Shown: positions 50,657 through 63,116 of the stretch, in pieces | How positions within the stretch are numbered: position 1 is the first letter of the stretch | Layout: every line of letters starts with the position of its first letter | Assembly (NCBI RefSeq): GCF_011386835.1 | Contig: NC_088814.1 | Location: 2,046,001-2,110,000, forward strand | Direction of reading: 5' to 3' | DNA: 64,000 bases | DNA from: Chrysemys picta bellii | Taxonomy: Eukaryota | Program-made: the position numbers and the translations under genes | The notes under the pieces: model-generated | What the model saw: the letters and a program-made list of their open reading frames with translations, nothing else | Databases searched by the model: none | Told to the model about the DNA's origin: nothing

Positions 50657-53600
50657 TCAGAGCTCCTCGTGGATTCTCTCCTGATCTTCATCCGATTTCA
50701 GCTTCAGCTCCTCCGCGGTGATTTTCCCATCCTGGTTCCGGTCCTGGTTCTGAAACATGTCGGCGATGACGGTCTCCGGGTCGGAGCTGGGCATGAGCCG
50801 TCCCTTCCCCTCGGTGAGCTGGGCCTTGATGAAAGTGGAGAACTGCAGCAGGGAGAGGTGAGAACAGCTTACGTGGCTGAGCCCACAGCCTGGGCTCGTG
50901 AGGGATCCCAGGACAGCATGCAGCCAGCTCTGGGGTGGAGGGCAATGGCCGGACAGGGCTAGATGTCGCAGGATAACAAGGGCAGGGAGCACGCCAGCGC
51001 CAGGCTGCAGGAGGCTCCCCTCCAGGTTCCTGGGCAGGGGGGTCGCTCAGAGTCCGTCCCTGGCCCCTGGCCGGGCAGGAGGGCTGGGCTAGGGCAGAAT
51101 CCCTGGTACTGCCACCTTAACAACCAAAGTGTGCGTGTTAGTCACAGCTTTGCAGCCGCTCCGGGTACTCGGCGCACGCGCCGGATGCCAGCTGGGCACC
51201 GTGGCAGCCTAGCCGGCCCCTCCCTTCGCCATTGAAAAGCCCAAACACGGCTGCTTCTGGGGCCGTGTTCCCTGATTCCGATTCCTCCCCCCATGTGCCC
51301 GGAGCTTCGGCCGCACCTCTTCGGGGGGGATCTCGCCATCCTTGTTCAGGTCCATGTCCTCGTACAGGTTTGCGGGTGGGTCCCCGTGCCAGATAAACAG
51401 GTAGCCTTCTGGGACTCCTTCCTCCCTGGAGAGCAGCTCCACCTCGAACCGGAGCACAGCACTGCCTGGCACGCCCCGGGCTGAAAGGCAAGGGGTGCAT
51501 GTCACCGATCCCTCGTGTGCTCTGATGCACTACGGTGCCTTTGCACCATGGTGCGACGTGCGAGAATGAGCTCTGAATATCCCCGCTGGGGCGACTTGCC
51601 CAGGCTGGGTCAGCTGGGGGGGGTTAAAGGCCAAAGGAGACCAGGTAACACCCTGGGCCGCTGCCAGACCACTGGGGCCACAAACCAACCCACCAGGCAG
51701 TTCCCCTCCCCCCCTCACCTCCGTTCTCTCCGTGCCCCAGGTGCGGGGGGATGACGATCACCCGTTTCTCCCCCACGCACATGTTCAGCAGGCCGGTGTT
51801 CAGGCCGTCGATCACTTTGCTGGTCCCCAGCGTCGCCTCCTGCGGGTGGTTGTAGTCGTGGCTACAGGAGGCAAGGCAGACATTGGACGGGCGAGAGGAC
51901 TTCCCAAGCCGGGGCTGCCCACACAGCCTCCTACCCTCAGGAACCTGCCTCGGGCCTCCCCTGACCTTGTACCAATCAGCGGTGGCGGGGGAATTCTGCC
52001 TGAGGGTCAGAGGAATTGCTAGTGCCCATGATCTTACCCCAGTCTACCCGAGTTCAGCCACCTCCATCCTGCTGAGCTTCGCAGGGCCCCACCCCAGAGC
52101 TGTTGGCACTAACCCACGAGCAGCACCCGGACTGCTGGGATGGAGCTGGGGGGGGATCCAGGCTGCCCCGGGGGGCAGGCGGGGGCACACTCACGAGGAG
52201 AAGAGCTTGGTGCCATCCAGCAGCGAGCAGTTGTAGTGGTAGCGGACGTAGTCGCGATCCTGGGTGGTGACGTTGCAGCCCTCGGGCCGGGAGAGGGTCT
52301 CGATTTCCACCGCATCCAGGGGGTTGTGGAAGTCAATGACGTGGATGTCGAAGATAAGCACGGCTGAGCCGGGGATCTTGTTGCCTGGAGGAGAAGGACG
52401 AAGGGCCCTGTGGGGATGAGGGGCTGCGGAGAGGGCGGAGCCGGGGGGAAAGCCCTGCCGAGCCGGGGGCTGGTGCAGGATTGTTCCTACAGTCCAGTCC
52501 CCTGGGCGCTAATTGAATGTATCCCTGCCCGCCCCAGCCCGAGAAACACCCCCCTGAGCCAACGGCCCTGCCTGACAACCCCGCCACTGGTGCAGGGGCT
52601 CCGAGCCCTTCTCCTGCGGGAGGCAGCCCCCTCCCCCCCTCCTCCCCATTGGCTCAGGGCAGGGCTGGCTCCCATCCCGCAGGCAATCCCCCCGTCCTGG
52701 GCACGGGGACGACTGATGTGACGCAGGAAACAAAGGATTGTGTAACGGAGTCAGTGGGGAGCGAAATGGCATTGCTGACTCCATCCTGCCCTGCAATCCC
52801 ACCCCACTACCCCGCGGGGACCCCTCCCTACCGGCTCCGTTCTCCCCGTAGCCCAAGTGCGGCGGGACGACGATCCTTCTCTTTTCTCCGAAGCAGACGC
52901 CCTGCAGGCCCTGGTCCATGCCGGGGATGACGTAGCCCTTCCCGATGTAGGTGTCGTAGGTGTGATTGCGGGAGTAACTGCAGCAAACACAGCCCCGAGC
53001 GGCGTCAGGTCGCAGGTAAGCACCGAATGAGGGGACCGTGGTGGCGTAAGCTCAGTCCGCATCCCCTAGCCCCTCCACCCCACAGCCCTGCCCGCATCCC
53101 CCACCCCACAGCCCTGCCCAGGCCCCTACAGCCCTGTTTCATCTCCCACCCCACAGCCCTGCCCGTATCCCCCACCCTACAGACCTGCCCACACCCCACA
53201 GCCCTGCCCAGGCCTCTCCACTCCACTGGGGGCCGTGTGGGGAGGAGCTCTGCTACGTGGCACCCCAGGCACAAATGGGGAGGCCCGTGCTCGTCCGTAG
53301 GCCCCGCCGGTGGCCGGTACCTGGAGTCAAAGAGCGTCCCGTCCATCAGGGTCCCATTGTAGTGATAGCGGACGAAGTCGCCAGTCACAGCCTTGCGCTT
53401 GCAGGACGCCGGCACCTCCAGGTGCTCCAGGGAGATGCCATCTTTGGGGTTGTGCAGGTCCACCAGCAGCACATCGAACACCAGGGAGGCCTGGGGCGGG
53501 ATCACCGTGCCTGGGTGGAGAGGAGGGAAGGAGGGTTGCGCCCAAGCAGAGCCAGCCCCTGCGCCGTGTCCAGAGCAGCCGGAGTGAGGGACCTCCGTGG

Positions 53601-56600
53601 GGTGGAACTGCAGCCTGCTCGTGGCTGGGGTGGCCACGTGGCCAGTCACCCCCTCCTCTTTTGCAGAGGTGGGGACCCCGGAGCGGCCGACCCCAGCACG
53701 CCCCGCTCTAGCTCTGCACGGAGTGCACCAGACTGCGACTTGGCATTATCGGCACGCAGCAGCTCCGTGTTTGACGGCACGAGGTGGAGCTTCCACCATG
53801 CACCTGATCGTGGCCGTGACGTACGTACACGAAACCTAGAGCTGCCTCGGAGCGACCCAGTGCCGAGCAGGGTCCCTTCGCCCCCCCCAACTCACCCCCC
53901 TCTGCCCCGGCTGGCTCACACCCTCCTCTCTGGTCCTGCCTGAATTCCGCTGGAAAATGGTGCCAATACTGCATGGCGAGATCTGTCCGGCAGCCCGGGG
54001 GGGGCCGGCCTCCTGCCCTGGGACCAGCCCCGGCTTTATCAGCCACCTGCCCACCAGCTTGTTTGGCTGACGGCAGAACACTGGGCTGCGCGGGATCAGA
54101 TGTTCATGGCCCTTTAATGCCCCTCCACCCCCGAGCCATCTGCTTCCCCATCCACTCCTGTCCTTCCCATCCCTTTCTCTCCTCTCTTCCCAGGGTTTCC
54201 CGGCCAGTGCTAAAGTGACCCCGTCTCCTCTGCCCACGCGGGGCTGAGCACTGCTTGGCCGTTTCCTTGCCTGGGGCGTTTGGCCCCTGCCATGACTGGC
54301 ATTCGTGGGGCTCAGACCCAGCGCTGCCTTTTGCCCATGCAAACTGCCTCCCGGCTGCCTGCCTCCGGGCAGCCCCATCAGTCACTGCCCCAGCGTGCCA
54401 GGCGTGTGCAATCCCCACTCACCATAGCCCTTCTCCCCGTAGGCCAGGAAGGGAGGGATGATGATTCTCCTCTTCTCCCCAGCGCACATCCCCAGCAGGC
54501 CCCCGTCCATGCCTTTGATCAGCCAGCCTGTGCCCACGTAGGTGTCGTACGTGCTGTCCTTGCTGTAGCTGGCACCGGGGAGAGAACAGAAAAGAGACGA
54601 GGGGAAGAATGACTCCGGGGCACGGGCAGCGCCCCCAACCCAACTTGCTCAGCCCAGGGGTCCTGGCACGAGCGGGCTCCCCCTCCCCCACAGGGAGTCA
54701 CGCCTCCCCCAGCCAGGCCCCTCTGAGTCAGGTGAGATGGGTCTGGGGGCGGGCCCTGGGCACGTGTGAAGCTGGCCCCGCTGATACCCGTTCCGTGCAG
54801 CGAGGCAGAGGGGTCCCCAAGACGGGCAAGCTGGCGTTTGTCACTAGCCCCCGTGGTGCTACCCCTCCTGCTCGGCTCCCCGTACCTGGAGTCGAAGTGG
54901 GTGCCGTCCAGCAGCGTGCCGTTGTAGTGGTACCGGACGAAGTCCGAGTTCTCCACAGTGCGGTTGCAGCGCTCTGGCTTGTGCAAGGTGGTGATCTGCA
55001 GCTTGTCCTCTTTGTTCCAGATGTCCAGCATGATGACGTCAAAATACAAGGTGGTGTCGGGGGGGATCATGCCAGCTGCAAGGGACAACGAGTGACAATG
55101 GCTCAGCCCTGAGGAGCGTCAGAGCGAGGGGAGCAGCCTCACAGCACGAGGCCGAGACTGTTCACTTCAGCGCCTCGAAATCCACCCACAGGCCCCCCCC
55201 GGCCTCTGCCGCTCAGCCCTGTTCACAACAGCTGTTCACGTGCTCTTACAGATTTGTCCCCCGCCCCATGGCTGGTCCACATATGAGATACCAGGAGTCT
55301 GCTGCTGCTTGGAGCTGATGGACTTCGACACAGGGGCTCGAGCGTTGAAGGTCCCAGCTTCACCCTGGCCCAAGTGGGGTCACTTATACTTTGAGCAGAG
55401 AAGGGGCCACCGCACCTCACAGCATGAGGGTGCCCAAAATGCCAGTTACCGGATTTTATCTTCAGATGAACCAGCCACTCCACCCCACTGTCCTACGGAG
55501 AATGGCGAGCGCTGGCACTGGGAACCCGGGCGGCCCTGGTGAGTAGGGCACAGCCTTTATTCAATACCTACCTGCCCTTTTCTGCTGGTTTTCCCTTTAA
55601 GGAGGGGGATGACAGCATCACACCCAAACAGTGCTCAGGGGTTTATTGTATCAATAATAATTCTCGGATTAGCCCTTTCGTGTGAGGCTCTCAAAGGGTT
55701 TATCAAACCTAGTGATACTCCACGTGCTCAGAGATGGCTTCTACACCAAAATGCAGCCACCTCTGGGCTGAATGTGGCATCTGGGTAGCCCCACAGCAAG
55801 GAGAAATGATACTGCATCCAGTGGAGAGTACTGGGGGAATGTGAGGAGGTGTGATCCTATTCTCCTGCCTGAATTCAGCCGGGCCGCGCTGCTCCCGAAA
55901 TGCTACAGTGGGATTGTTACTGACACGCTGAGATCTGCCATGATCTCCCAGTGCAGGAGGCCCTGGGTCTCGCCTGCCCTGTGCATGTGATGACAAAGGT
56001 TCACAGCCCATGGGTTAAATAATTCCTGCTGATTGCTCCTACTGGCCTGTCCATCTTATTTTTACCCATTACTCATTGGCTAGGACTTTGGAATCGCTCT
56101 GCCCACCCATTGCATTCCATATACACTTCAGGAGGGGGCCAGGGGATCTCAGCGCGGGACTCGGAGCCTTTCCTCATCCTTGTGGTTGCAGCCGCCGATG
56201 ATCTGCACGTGGCTCATGCCAGGCCAGCCCCCAGACCAGCGGGCGGCTCAGCCGCTCAGAGAAAGAGGAGGCCAGGAGGGGAGAGCTCTCTCCATGTTAG
56301 TCCACCACCAAGGGCCAGATCCTGCCCTGGGGGTCCCTGGACTCCCCTGCACTCATCCAGGGGAGATCAGCCCATGGAGGTGCTGAGTCCTGCAAAGCTC
56401 ATGGACTTCACCGGGACCTGTGGGTGCCCAAGTCCTTAGGAGTGCAGACGGGAGTGGATCGACCCTCGGGGGCCTTTCTGCCTCCCACGTTATCCCCAGT
56501 GAGAAGGGCTCAGCCAGCGTGCAGGAGGCAGGACCCTGCCACGACCTGGGCTCCTGCAGGGCTGACGGGAGAGACGTTGGGCCTGACCTCATCGCACCGC

Positions 56601-59436
56601 AAACCCCCTGGGCCGTGCCAGGCCGGCCAGGCGGGGCCCTCGCATTCGCCACCCCCCTTACCGACGCCGATGCTGCCGTAGCCCAGGTGGGGCGGGACAA
56701 TCAGGTGACGCCGCTCGTTGACGCACATGCCCTGCAGGCCTCGGTCCATGCCGGTGATCAGCCGGCCGACTCCCACCACGCCCGCCACCGTGGCGCCTCT
56801 GTCGTAGCTGGGGAGGAACGGAGACACGTTAAGTCCCCCTCTTCTGATGGCCTTGGCTGTTTGGGATACTGCAAAGCAACTAGGATCCTTGGCCACACCA
56901 GCCTGCCCCACCAGTCCAGCGACTCCCATAGCTGGCCCCAAACAATAGGGTTGCAATGTTCCCACCCAGCCCTGCCCGTGGGGCCTGCCACAAGACCAGT
57001 CCGGTGACTAACAGCCTGAGTTTCCAACTCCACCCCCTGTAGATCAGGATGTTCCATGCGTCCCACTCTCCTGGGGCAACGACTGTACCAAGACACGTCA
57101 CCACTCGACCAACCCACCTGCAGAGGTAGGAGAGTCTCCATCACTGGAGTAGTTCAATCCAGACCGATGTCTTTCTAAGCCGCACGCTTTCACGCGGACA
57201 GAAGCGATGGGCTTGATACTCAAGTTACTGGGTGAGGGTCTCTGGCCTGTACAGTGCAGGTCAGCCTAGAAGATCATAACAGTCCCTTCGGGACTCGAGC
57301 ACTAATTAATGACTATTCGTTACACACCATCGGCCCCACGTCACAAGGCACAAAGCGGCTATGGCCCAACATTTTCCGAAGTCTCTAATTTGGGGGGCTT
57401 CTGTGGCTGGGAGCCCAACTCGCTGCCCACCTTCCAGCCACAGAGCTGCGGGTGCCAAAGCCCGAGGCGGTTCAGCTTGGGCACCCCAAATTAGAGGCCG
57501 CTTCTGAAAGCACTGGTCCCTGTGACTCACCCAATGAGTTGGCAGCAAAGTCAGGAATAGAATCCAGGTCTCCTGAGTCCCATTGCTTAATCCACTAGAC
57601 TACAGCTATCTCCATGTCTCTGTGGTTAAAGAAACCGGCCCATGAAATGACAGGCTAGGGGGGTGCCCATAATGTTCTGCAGATGATGGATTCTGTCTCT
57701 TTGCTCTTGGAATACGGGGGGGGAGGGGGGGGGCAGAGGGCACACATGTGTTGCGTTTCATGGTGGAGCATATAAAGGAGTATGACGTTCCACGTATGCT
57801 CCTGGCCAGATTTCTTTTGCAACTCAATCTCTGCAGCAGACGCGGACCCAGTGGTGGGGAACGATCTCGTCAAAGCGGGATTGGAGCTGACGTCCCTGAT
57901 CCTGGGCCTGATCCTGCATTCCTTGCACACTCGGAGGCTTGGGAATGCAGGATCAGGCCCTTTGTTTGCAAAAGTCATTCGTGATGTTTAAGCTGGGACC
58001 GAATGCAAACAAGCATCTCGCCCAGATAAGCACTGGCTGGCTGACTCTCCGGTGCTTCCGGGGAACAGATATGCCACGTTCCGAACACCGTGCCGAGTAA
58101 CTAACGACCAAACACCCAAGCCTCGTTTGTAACCTGCAAATTACTCTGATTTTTAAATCGGAAAACCCACTCTCTCAGGGGCAATTCGGGCTTGTTGCAA
58201 GTGCTCCGCGATCCTTTGCTTGGTTTAATGGCCAGCGAAACGTCTCAGGGAACCACGCTGCAGCCATCAAGACAAAGAATTATTTTAGTACGAAAGGTTT
58301 CCCGGGGCCCCATTTATCTGTCAGACTCACGCCTAGCGGTGGCTGCTGGATGGCTGATTTATCCCACTTTTTACGCTTCCTGTTCGGGCCTTCAGGGACG
58401 AGTAGCCACGTTTTGAATATTTAAAACCAGAGCAGATTCCCTGAAGCGTTTCGTTGGCACTTCTGAAAACCTCCCGGGAAAGCAACTGTTGCTGCCCTCT
58501 GCTGGGCCTGATCCTGAACCTAGAGATGTCTGTCTTCCCTCTCCGCAGGCCCGTGCAATGGGCCTGCTTTGCCTCTTGCTCTCACTGGTTTCAATCAGGA
58601 GAAATTCCCCTGGAGTGCCACCAGCACCGTAACTCCGGACTGACATCAGCGTGAGGAAAGGGCTGGCTGCACGCGCAGGCCCAGGGAGAGCTGGGACCAG
58701 CTCAGATAGGTGGAAAAGGGGCCCTTTGGGAATGGAGCACGCTCCGAAACTGCAATGGGTCAAAAAGCACTTGAGTCTGTCCCTGCATCATGGCCGCTGT
58801 GATGAGCTTTATCCGTCTGCTGTGCCCGATCTCAGTTAGGACCCAGTCCTGCGTCCTTTACTCACCCGAGTAGTCCTTACCCCTGCAAGCAGTTGCACTG
58901 GACTCAACAGGCCTGCCCTTGGGAGTAAGGGCTGCTGGCATGAATGGGAGATTGCAGGACCCAGCTCTCCGCCAAAGAAAACAAAACGGACACAAAATAC
59001 AAAGCAACGGCTCCTGGAAAACGAACCCCAAAGATGGACGTCAACGTTCTCGGTTCTCCTCCCCCCTGAGCAGGGCAGTTGCTCGGGGATGGTTCGCACG
59101 TGGCGAATATGGAGCCACCAGACTGACACGTCTACACTGAGCTGGCCCCCACTGCTTGTCCAGCAGCACCCCAGGGTAACGGTTTTCCTTGCCCTTGGGA
59201 ACGGCCCTGCGCTCTGGTTGCAAAGCAAAGCGTGCAGAAGTGCGCTGGGATCCTGGCACGGCCATAGGCCTCGAGTCATGGCGTGCCAAAGCCGGCAAGA
59301 GAAGTGAACCATGCCAGTGAGCAGGGCAGAATGTGAGCCCATCCTCTGAACCAGAGAGCGCATCCCAGTGCAGCTGGGGGGAGGCAGGGACGTGCACACT
59401 CTATTTGCAAAATGAAGAGGGGGGGGCTGCAGCAGA

Positions 59437-59467
<31 letters not shown>

Positions 59468-59723
59468 CTATTACACTAACGTCGCCGGGGGGGCAGGACC
59501 CGGCTTGTGCAATGTTATCCAGAACAATCCTGTACCTGGAGTCAAACTTTTTGCCATCTTTGAAGGTCCCGTTGTAGTGGTAGCGGATGAAATCGCCCAT
59601 CTGGACTTCCCGTGAGCAGATTTTCGGGATGTAGTATCTGTCGATCACCACGTCTTCCAGGGGGCCGGGGTCCCCCCGGCCGGGGGCCGCCAGCAGACAG
59701 AAGAGGAGAATAGCCAGGGCCAT
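50657..59723 (-). CDS. FKBP10: Peptidyl-prolyl cis-trans isomerase FKBP10 (FKBP65), ER collagen chaperone
   Basis: Ten exons on the minus strand: 59723-59536, 56807-56662, 55075-54886, 54568-54423, 53510-53321, 52977-52832, 52384-52195, 51861-51719, 51480-51317, 50842-50657. 562 aa; signal peptide [17 protein letters not shown], four FKBP domains (GDF.RYHYNG), EF-hand motifs ([16 protein letters not shown]), C-terminal HEEL. FKBP9 is a close paralog, but the neighbouring genes support FKBP10. Confidence 0.96.
57226..57310 (+). mobile_element. Short CR1 3'-end relic
   Basis: TCTCTGGCCTGTACAGTGCAGGTCAGCCTAGAAGATCATAACAGTCCCTTC, similar to 30775-30830. Confidence 0.5.
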
Positions 59724-59970
59724 GGTGCTCGGAGTGCGGGCGGAGAGGGAAGGGGCCGGGCTGCTCGGAGCCTGGCGCTTCGCTTCCTCGCTTCCCAGCC
59801 CGGCCTCTCGCCAGGAATTTTGTCAACGTGTAAAGTGGGCTTGAGAGGCGCTGAGGTCACTTAGCTGTCCGCGCTGATTCGCGGGGGCGGCCCCACGGCC
59901 ACCCGGGAATTTCCCCCGTCGCGCGGGGAGGCGCCGGGGACGCGGAGGGGAAGTTCCACGCGGGGGGATT
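59724..59970 (-). promoter_or_regulatory. FKBP10 CpG-rich promoter and 5' UTR
   Basis: CpG-dense; GC boxes; GGGAATTTCC at 59905-59914; Kozak GAGCACCATGG. Confidence 0.6.
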
Positions 59971-60157
59971 TTTTTTTTTTGCAATTATTTCTGAGAAGGA
60001 AAAATCTGAAGCAAACTATTTCTTGCAAGTTTGTGCAGGGAGAGGTCCTACCCCAGCAGCCAGCCTCCCCCTGGGTCCTAGTGTCGCTCCCACCGCCTTT
60101 CTCGGGGGTCCCTTCACTGTGGGGGCAGCTCCATGGGCACCGTGGGATACATTGGTG

Positions 60158-60757
60158 CAAAACAAGCGAGCATCCTTCTGGGCTGTCGGCGCAGGAGTGT
60201 TGTGAGCGAGACACGAGAAGTGATTCTTCCGCTCTGCTCCGCGTGGATTCGGCCTCAACTGGAATATTGTGTCCAGTTCTGGGCACCACATTTCAGGATG
60301 GATGTGGATAAATTGGAGAAAGTCCAGAGGAGAGCCACGAAAATGATTAAAGGTCTAGAAAACATGACCTGTGAGGGAAGATGGGTTTGTTTAGTCTGGA
60401 GAAGAGAAGCCTGAGAGGGGACGTGAGAACAGTTTTCAACTACATAAAAGGTTGTTACAAGGAGGAGGGAGAAAAATTGTCCTTAACCTCTGAGGACAGG
60501 ACAAGAAGCAATGGGTTTAAACTGCAGCAAGGGAGGTTTAGGTTGGACATTAGAGAAAACTTCCTAACTGTCAGGGTGGTTAAGCACTGGAATAAATTGC
60601 CCAGGGAGGTTGTGAAATCTCCATCATTGGAGATTTTTAAGAGCAGGTTGGACAAACACCTGTCAGGGTTGGTCTGATAACACTTAATCCTGCCGTGAGT
60701 GCAGGGGACTGGACTACCCGACCTCTCGAGGCCCCTTCCAGTGCTACGATTCTATGA
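60158..60757 (+). mobile_element. 5'-truncated CR1 LINE
   Basis: Translation LGC.RRSVVSETREVILPLCSAWIRPQLEYCVQFWAPHF..DVDKLEKVQRRATKMIKGLE and LFSLEKRSLRGD...VKHWNKLPREVV.SPSLEIFK.RLD; ends GATTCTATGA. Confidence 0.95.
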
Positions 60758-62646
60758 TCGGTAGTTATCAGTCAGGAGTAATAAATACAGCGAATGAATA
60801 ATTATTAATAGCCATTTCTAACACTTTTACACCTGCTGAGGAAAGGTGTTAAGTGCAAATGATAATGAATTAGGAATGATTGGTGTCCTATTTATCAAAT
60901 GCACATCAGACCATTGCAAGCATCTCTGCCTTCCACAAGCTCATCTGCGAACAGCGATCACCAGTGTGAAGTGCACTCTGCACATCCTGGATACAGACTA
61001 GACATCTAGGACCTGAGATGGGACCCACTGGTCCTCCACAGATGGGAACAAGGATCCAGACGGACGCTTGTTGTTCACTCCTGGAGTCAGCAAGTCCCTT
61101 AGTTGTCTGCAAGGCGGATGGATTCTTGGCTTTACAGGTTTAGGCACGAGGGCTGCTGCCAACCATCCCACCGAGCGAAGAAAGAGGGTGCTGGCCCCTC
61201 TAGATGCGGGGAACTTCCTCTCTAGTCTCTGCAGTGCGGTGGAAAGATAAGCACTGGTTATTTTCCCAGCAGTGTGTGTCTCCTACTGCAGCGGATCACG
61301 TGTTAATTGGCCCATCACTTCACCTCTCTGTGTTCAGCCCTTGGCACTGCCCAGCATACAGACTGGAAGGTCTTTGGGACAGAGACCTGGCCTTCAGACC
61401 TGTCTGCAAGGCCCCTGGCGCACGGCTGGCATTGTATAAAGAATGTTTGCACCTGTACCCATCTGACAGCCCTGCAGGTCTCTGCTTCTGGGGACACGCA
61501 CCCCCCTGAGCAGAGACATCAGACGGCGCAGGGCCTGGCCTCCAAACAGGAGCTGAGTGGTCTGGCTGGCCCCTGGGCTGGCTCTGTGTGACTCTCACCC
61601 TTCAGATTGATCCCCAGCTGAAGATGCTGCTTCCACCCCCTTTGTCACAGCTGCAGCACTGTCCAGTGTGACACAACCATACCCGCCCTAGCGCGACGGG
61701 CCGGGAGCCCGGCCCTGGGCTCCTTTGCGCAGTCACGCCTGGACCGGGCAGTTGTGGCCAGTCCCGGGAGCCCCTGACACGAATGTTTCTTAAACCCAGC
61801 GCAGCACTTTTCCAGCTAAAACTCACCCGCACGGAAAGCTCTGCCCCTGCCTGCCTGTGGGCTGCACGGGGAGGTTGAGGATGGACCCGATAATACTGTA
61901 AGTGCCGCACGTCCCTGGGCGGGGTTGGGTCCCCGGGCGAGCGCAGCGGCGTCTCTCACACGACAGCGTAATAAGGGGAGTAACAGAACCGGATCCCAGT
62001 TACTGTCTGGCCCCACCAGTCGGTGGGTCCTTCCCAGGGCCGCTCACCTGTTCCTTGGGCATGACTGGCTGGGAGGGACGCACTGTGGATTTGGGCAGCG
62101 GTGGCTTGGCCATGCGAACGTCCCCTCTAAGGCAACACACGCTCCATCAGAGCCGGCGCTATCCATAAGCAGACTAAGCAATTGCTTGGGGCCCCTATTA
62201 ATGATTAGTGTGTGTTTGGGGGGGGGGATATTCCTGCTTACGGCCCCAGTGGGCTAGCACCAGCTCTGCACTCAATGTCCAGGGCACAGTGTGCCAGGGA
62301 GAAGCGGGTGCAGGTGAGATCCTGGTGCCACAGACATCAGTGGCCACAATCCCATTGCCTGCCATGGGGCCAGGGTCTCACCCAGCCGGGGCAGGACCAT
62401 AAAGTGTGTAGTTTTTGTTTTGTGACTGGTCAAAGCAAATCTTTATTTTAAGATGGGCGTTCCTTCTCTCTAAGGAGAAGTCGCACTGTTACAGGTGCTG
62501 ACTTAAAATGTAAAAATATAAATGTTAAATTTCCTGATGGCAAAATAAAATGGTCATCGTAATGTATTGGTCTCTTGGATGCACCATTTCCACGTTAACT
62601 CTTGTAATAGTGGAGCAGTCATTTAAAAATATATATATAATGTTTA

Positions 62647-62950
62647 GTGCAAGGCGCACACACGGTGCAAGGAGCAAACTCGTGCAAGGCGCACACACAG
62701 TGCAAGGAGCAAACTCGTGCAGGGCCCACACTGGTGCAAGGAGCAAACTCGTGCAGGGCCCACACTGGTGCAAGGAGCAAACTCGTGCAGGGCCCACACT
62801 GGTGCAAGGAGCAAACTCCTGCAAGGCGCACACACGGTGCAAGGAGCAAACTCCTGCAAGGCGCACACTGGTGCAAGGAGCAAACTCGTGCAAGGCGCAC
62901 ACTGGTGCAAGGAGCAAACTCGTGCAAGGCCCACACTGGTGCAAGGCGCA
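62647..62950. repeat. 34/35-bp minisatellite, 8-9 copies, upstream of P3H4
   Basis: GGAGCAAACT anchors at 62671, 62706, 62740, 62774, 62808, 62843, 62877, 62911. Confidence 0.98.
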
Positions 62951-63116
62951 GCCGCCAGCTGCTGGCGGAGGCAGCACTAAGACCCCGCGGATCCGCCTGG
63001 CCCGGCCTCCTGCACTCCCCGCCTTTCCCCAGGCGAGACGCCGGCTGGTCCCCCAGGCTGGGCAGCTCCTTGCCGTGCGTGTGCGGCGCTGCGCGGCGCC
63101 GAGGAACCGGGCGGGC

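Noticed and set aside
50646-50667. Direct repeat GAGGAGCTCT x2 across the FKBP10 stop codon (minus strand)
   Set aside because: The second copy is out of frame and would not recreate an ER-retention signal on readthrough; likely a trivial slippage duplication
58836-59535. 295-aa ORF extending past FKBP10 exon 1
   Set aside because: Similarity ends at the AG|GTACAG donor (59536/59535); the rest is intron read-through with no recognisable domain
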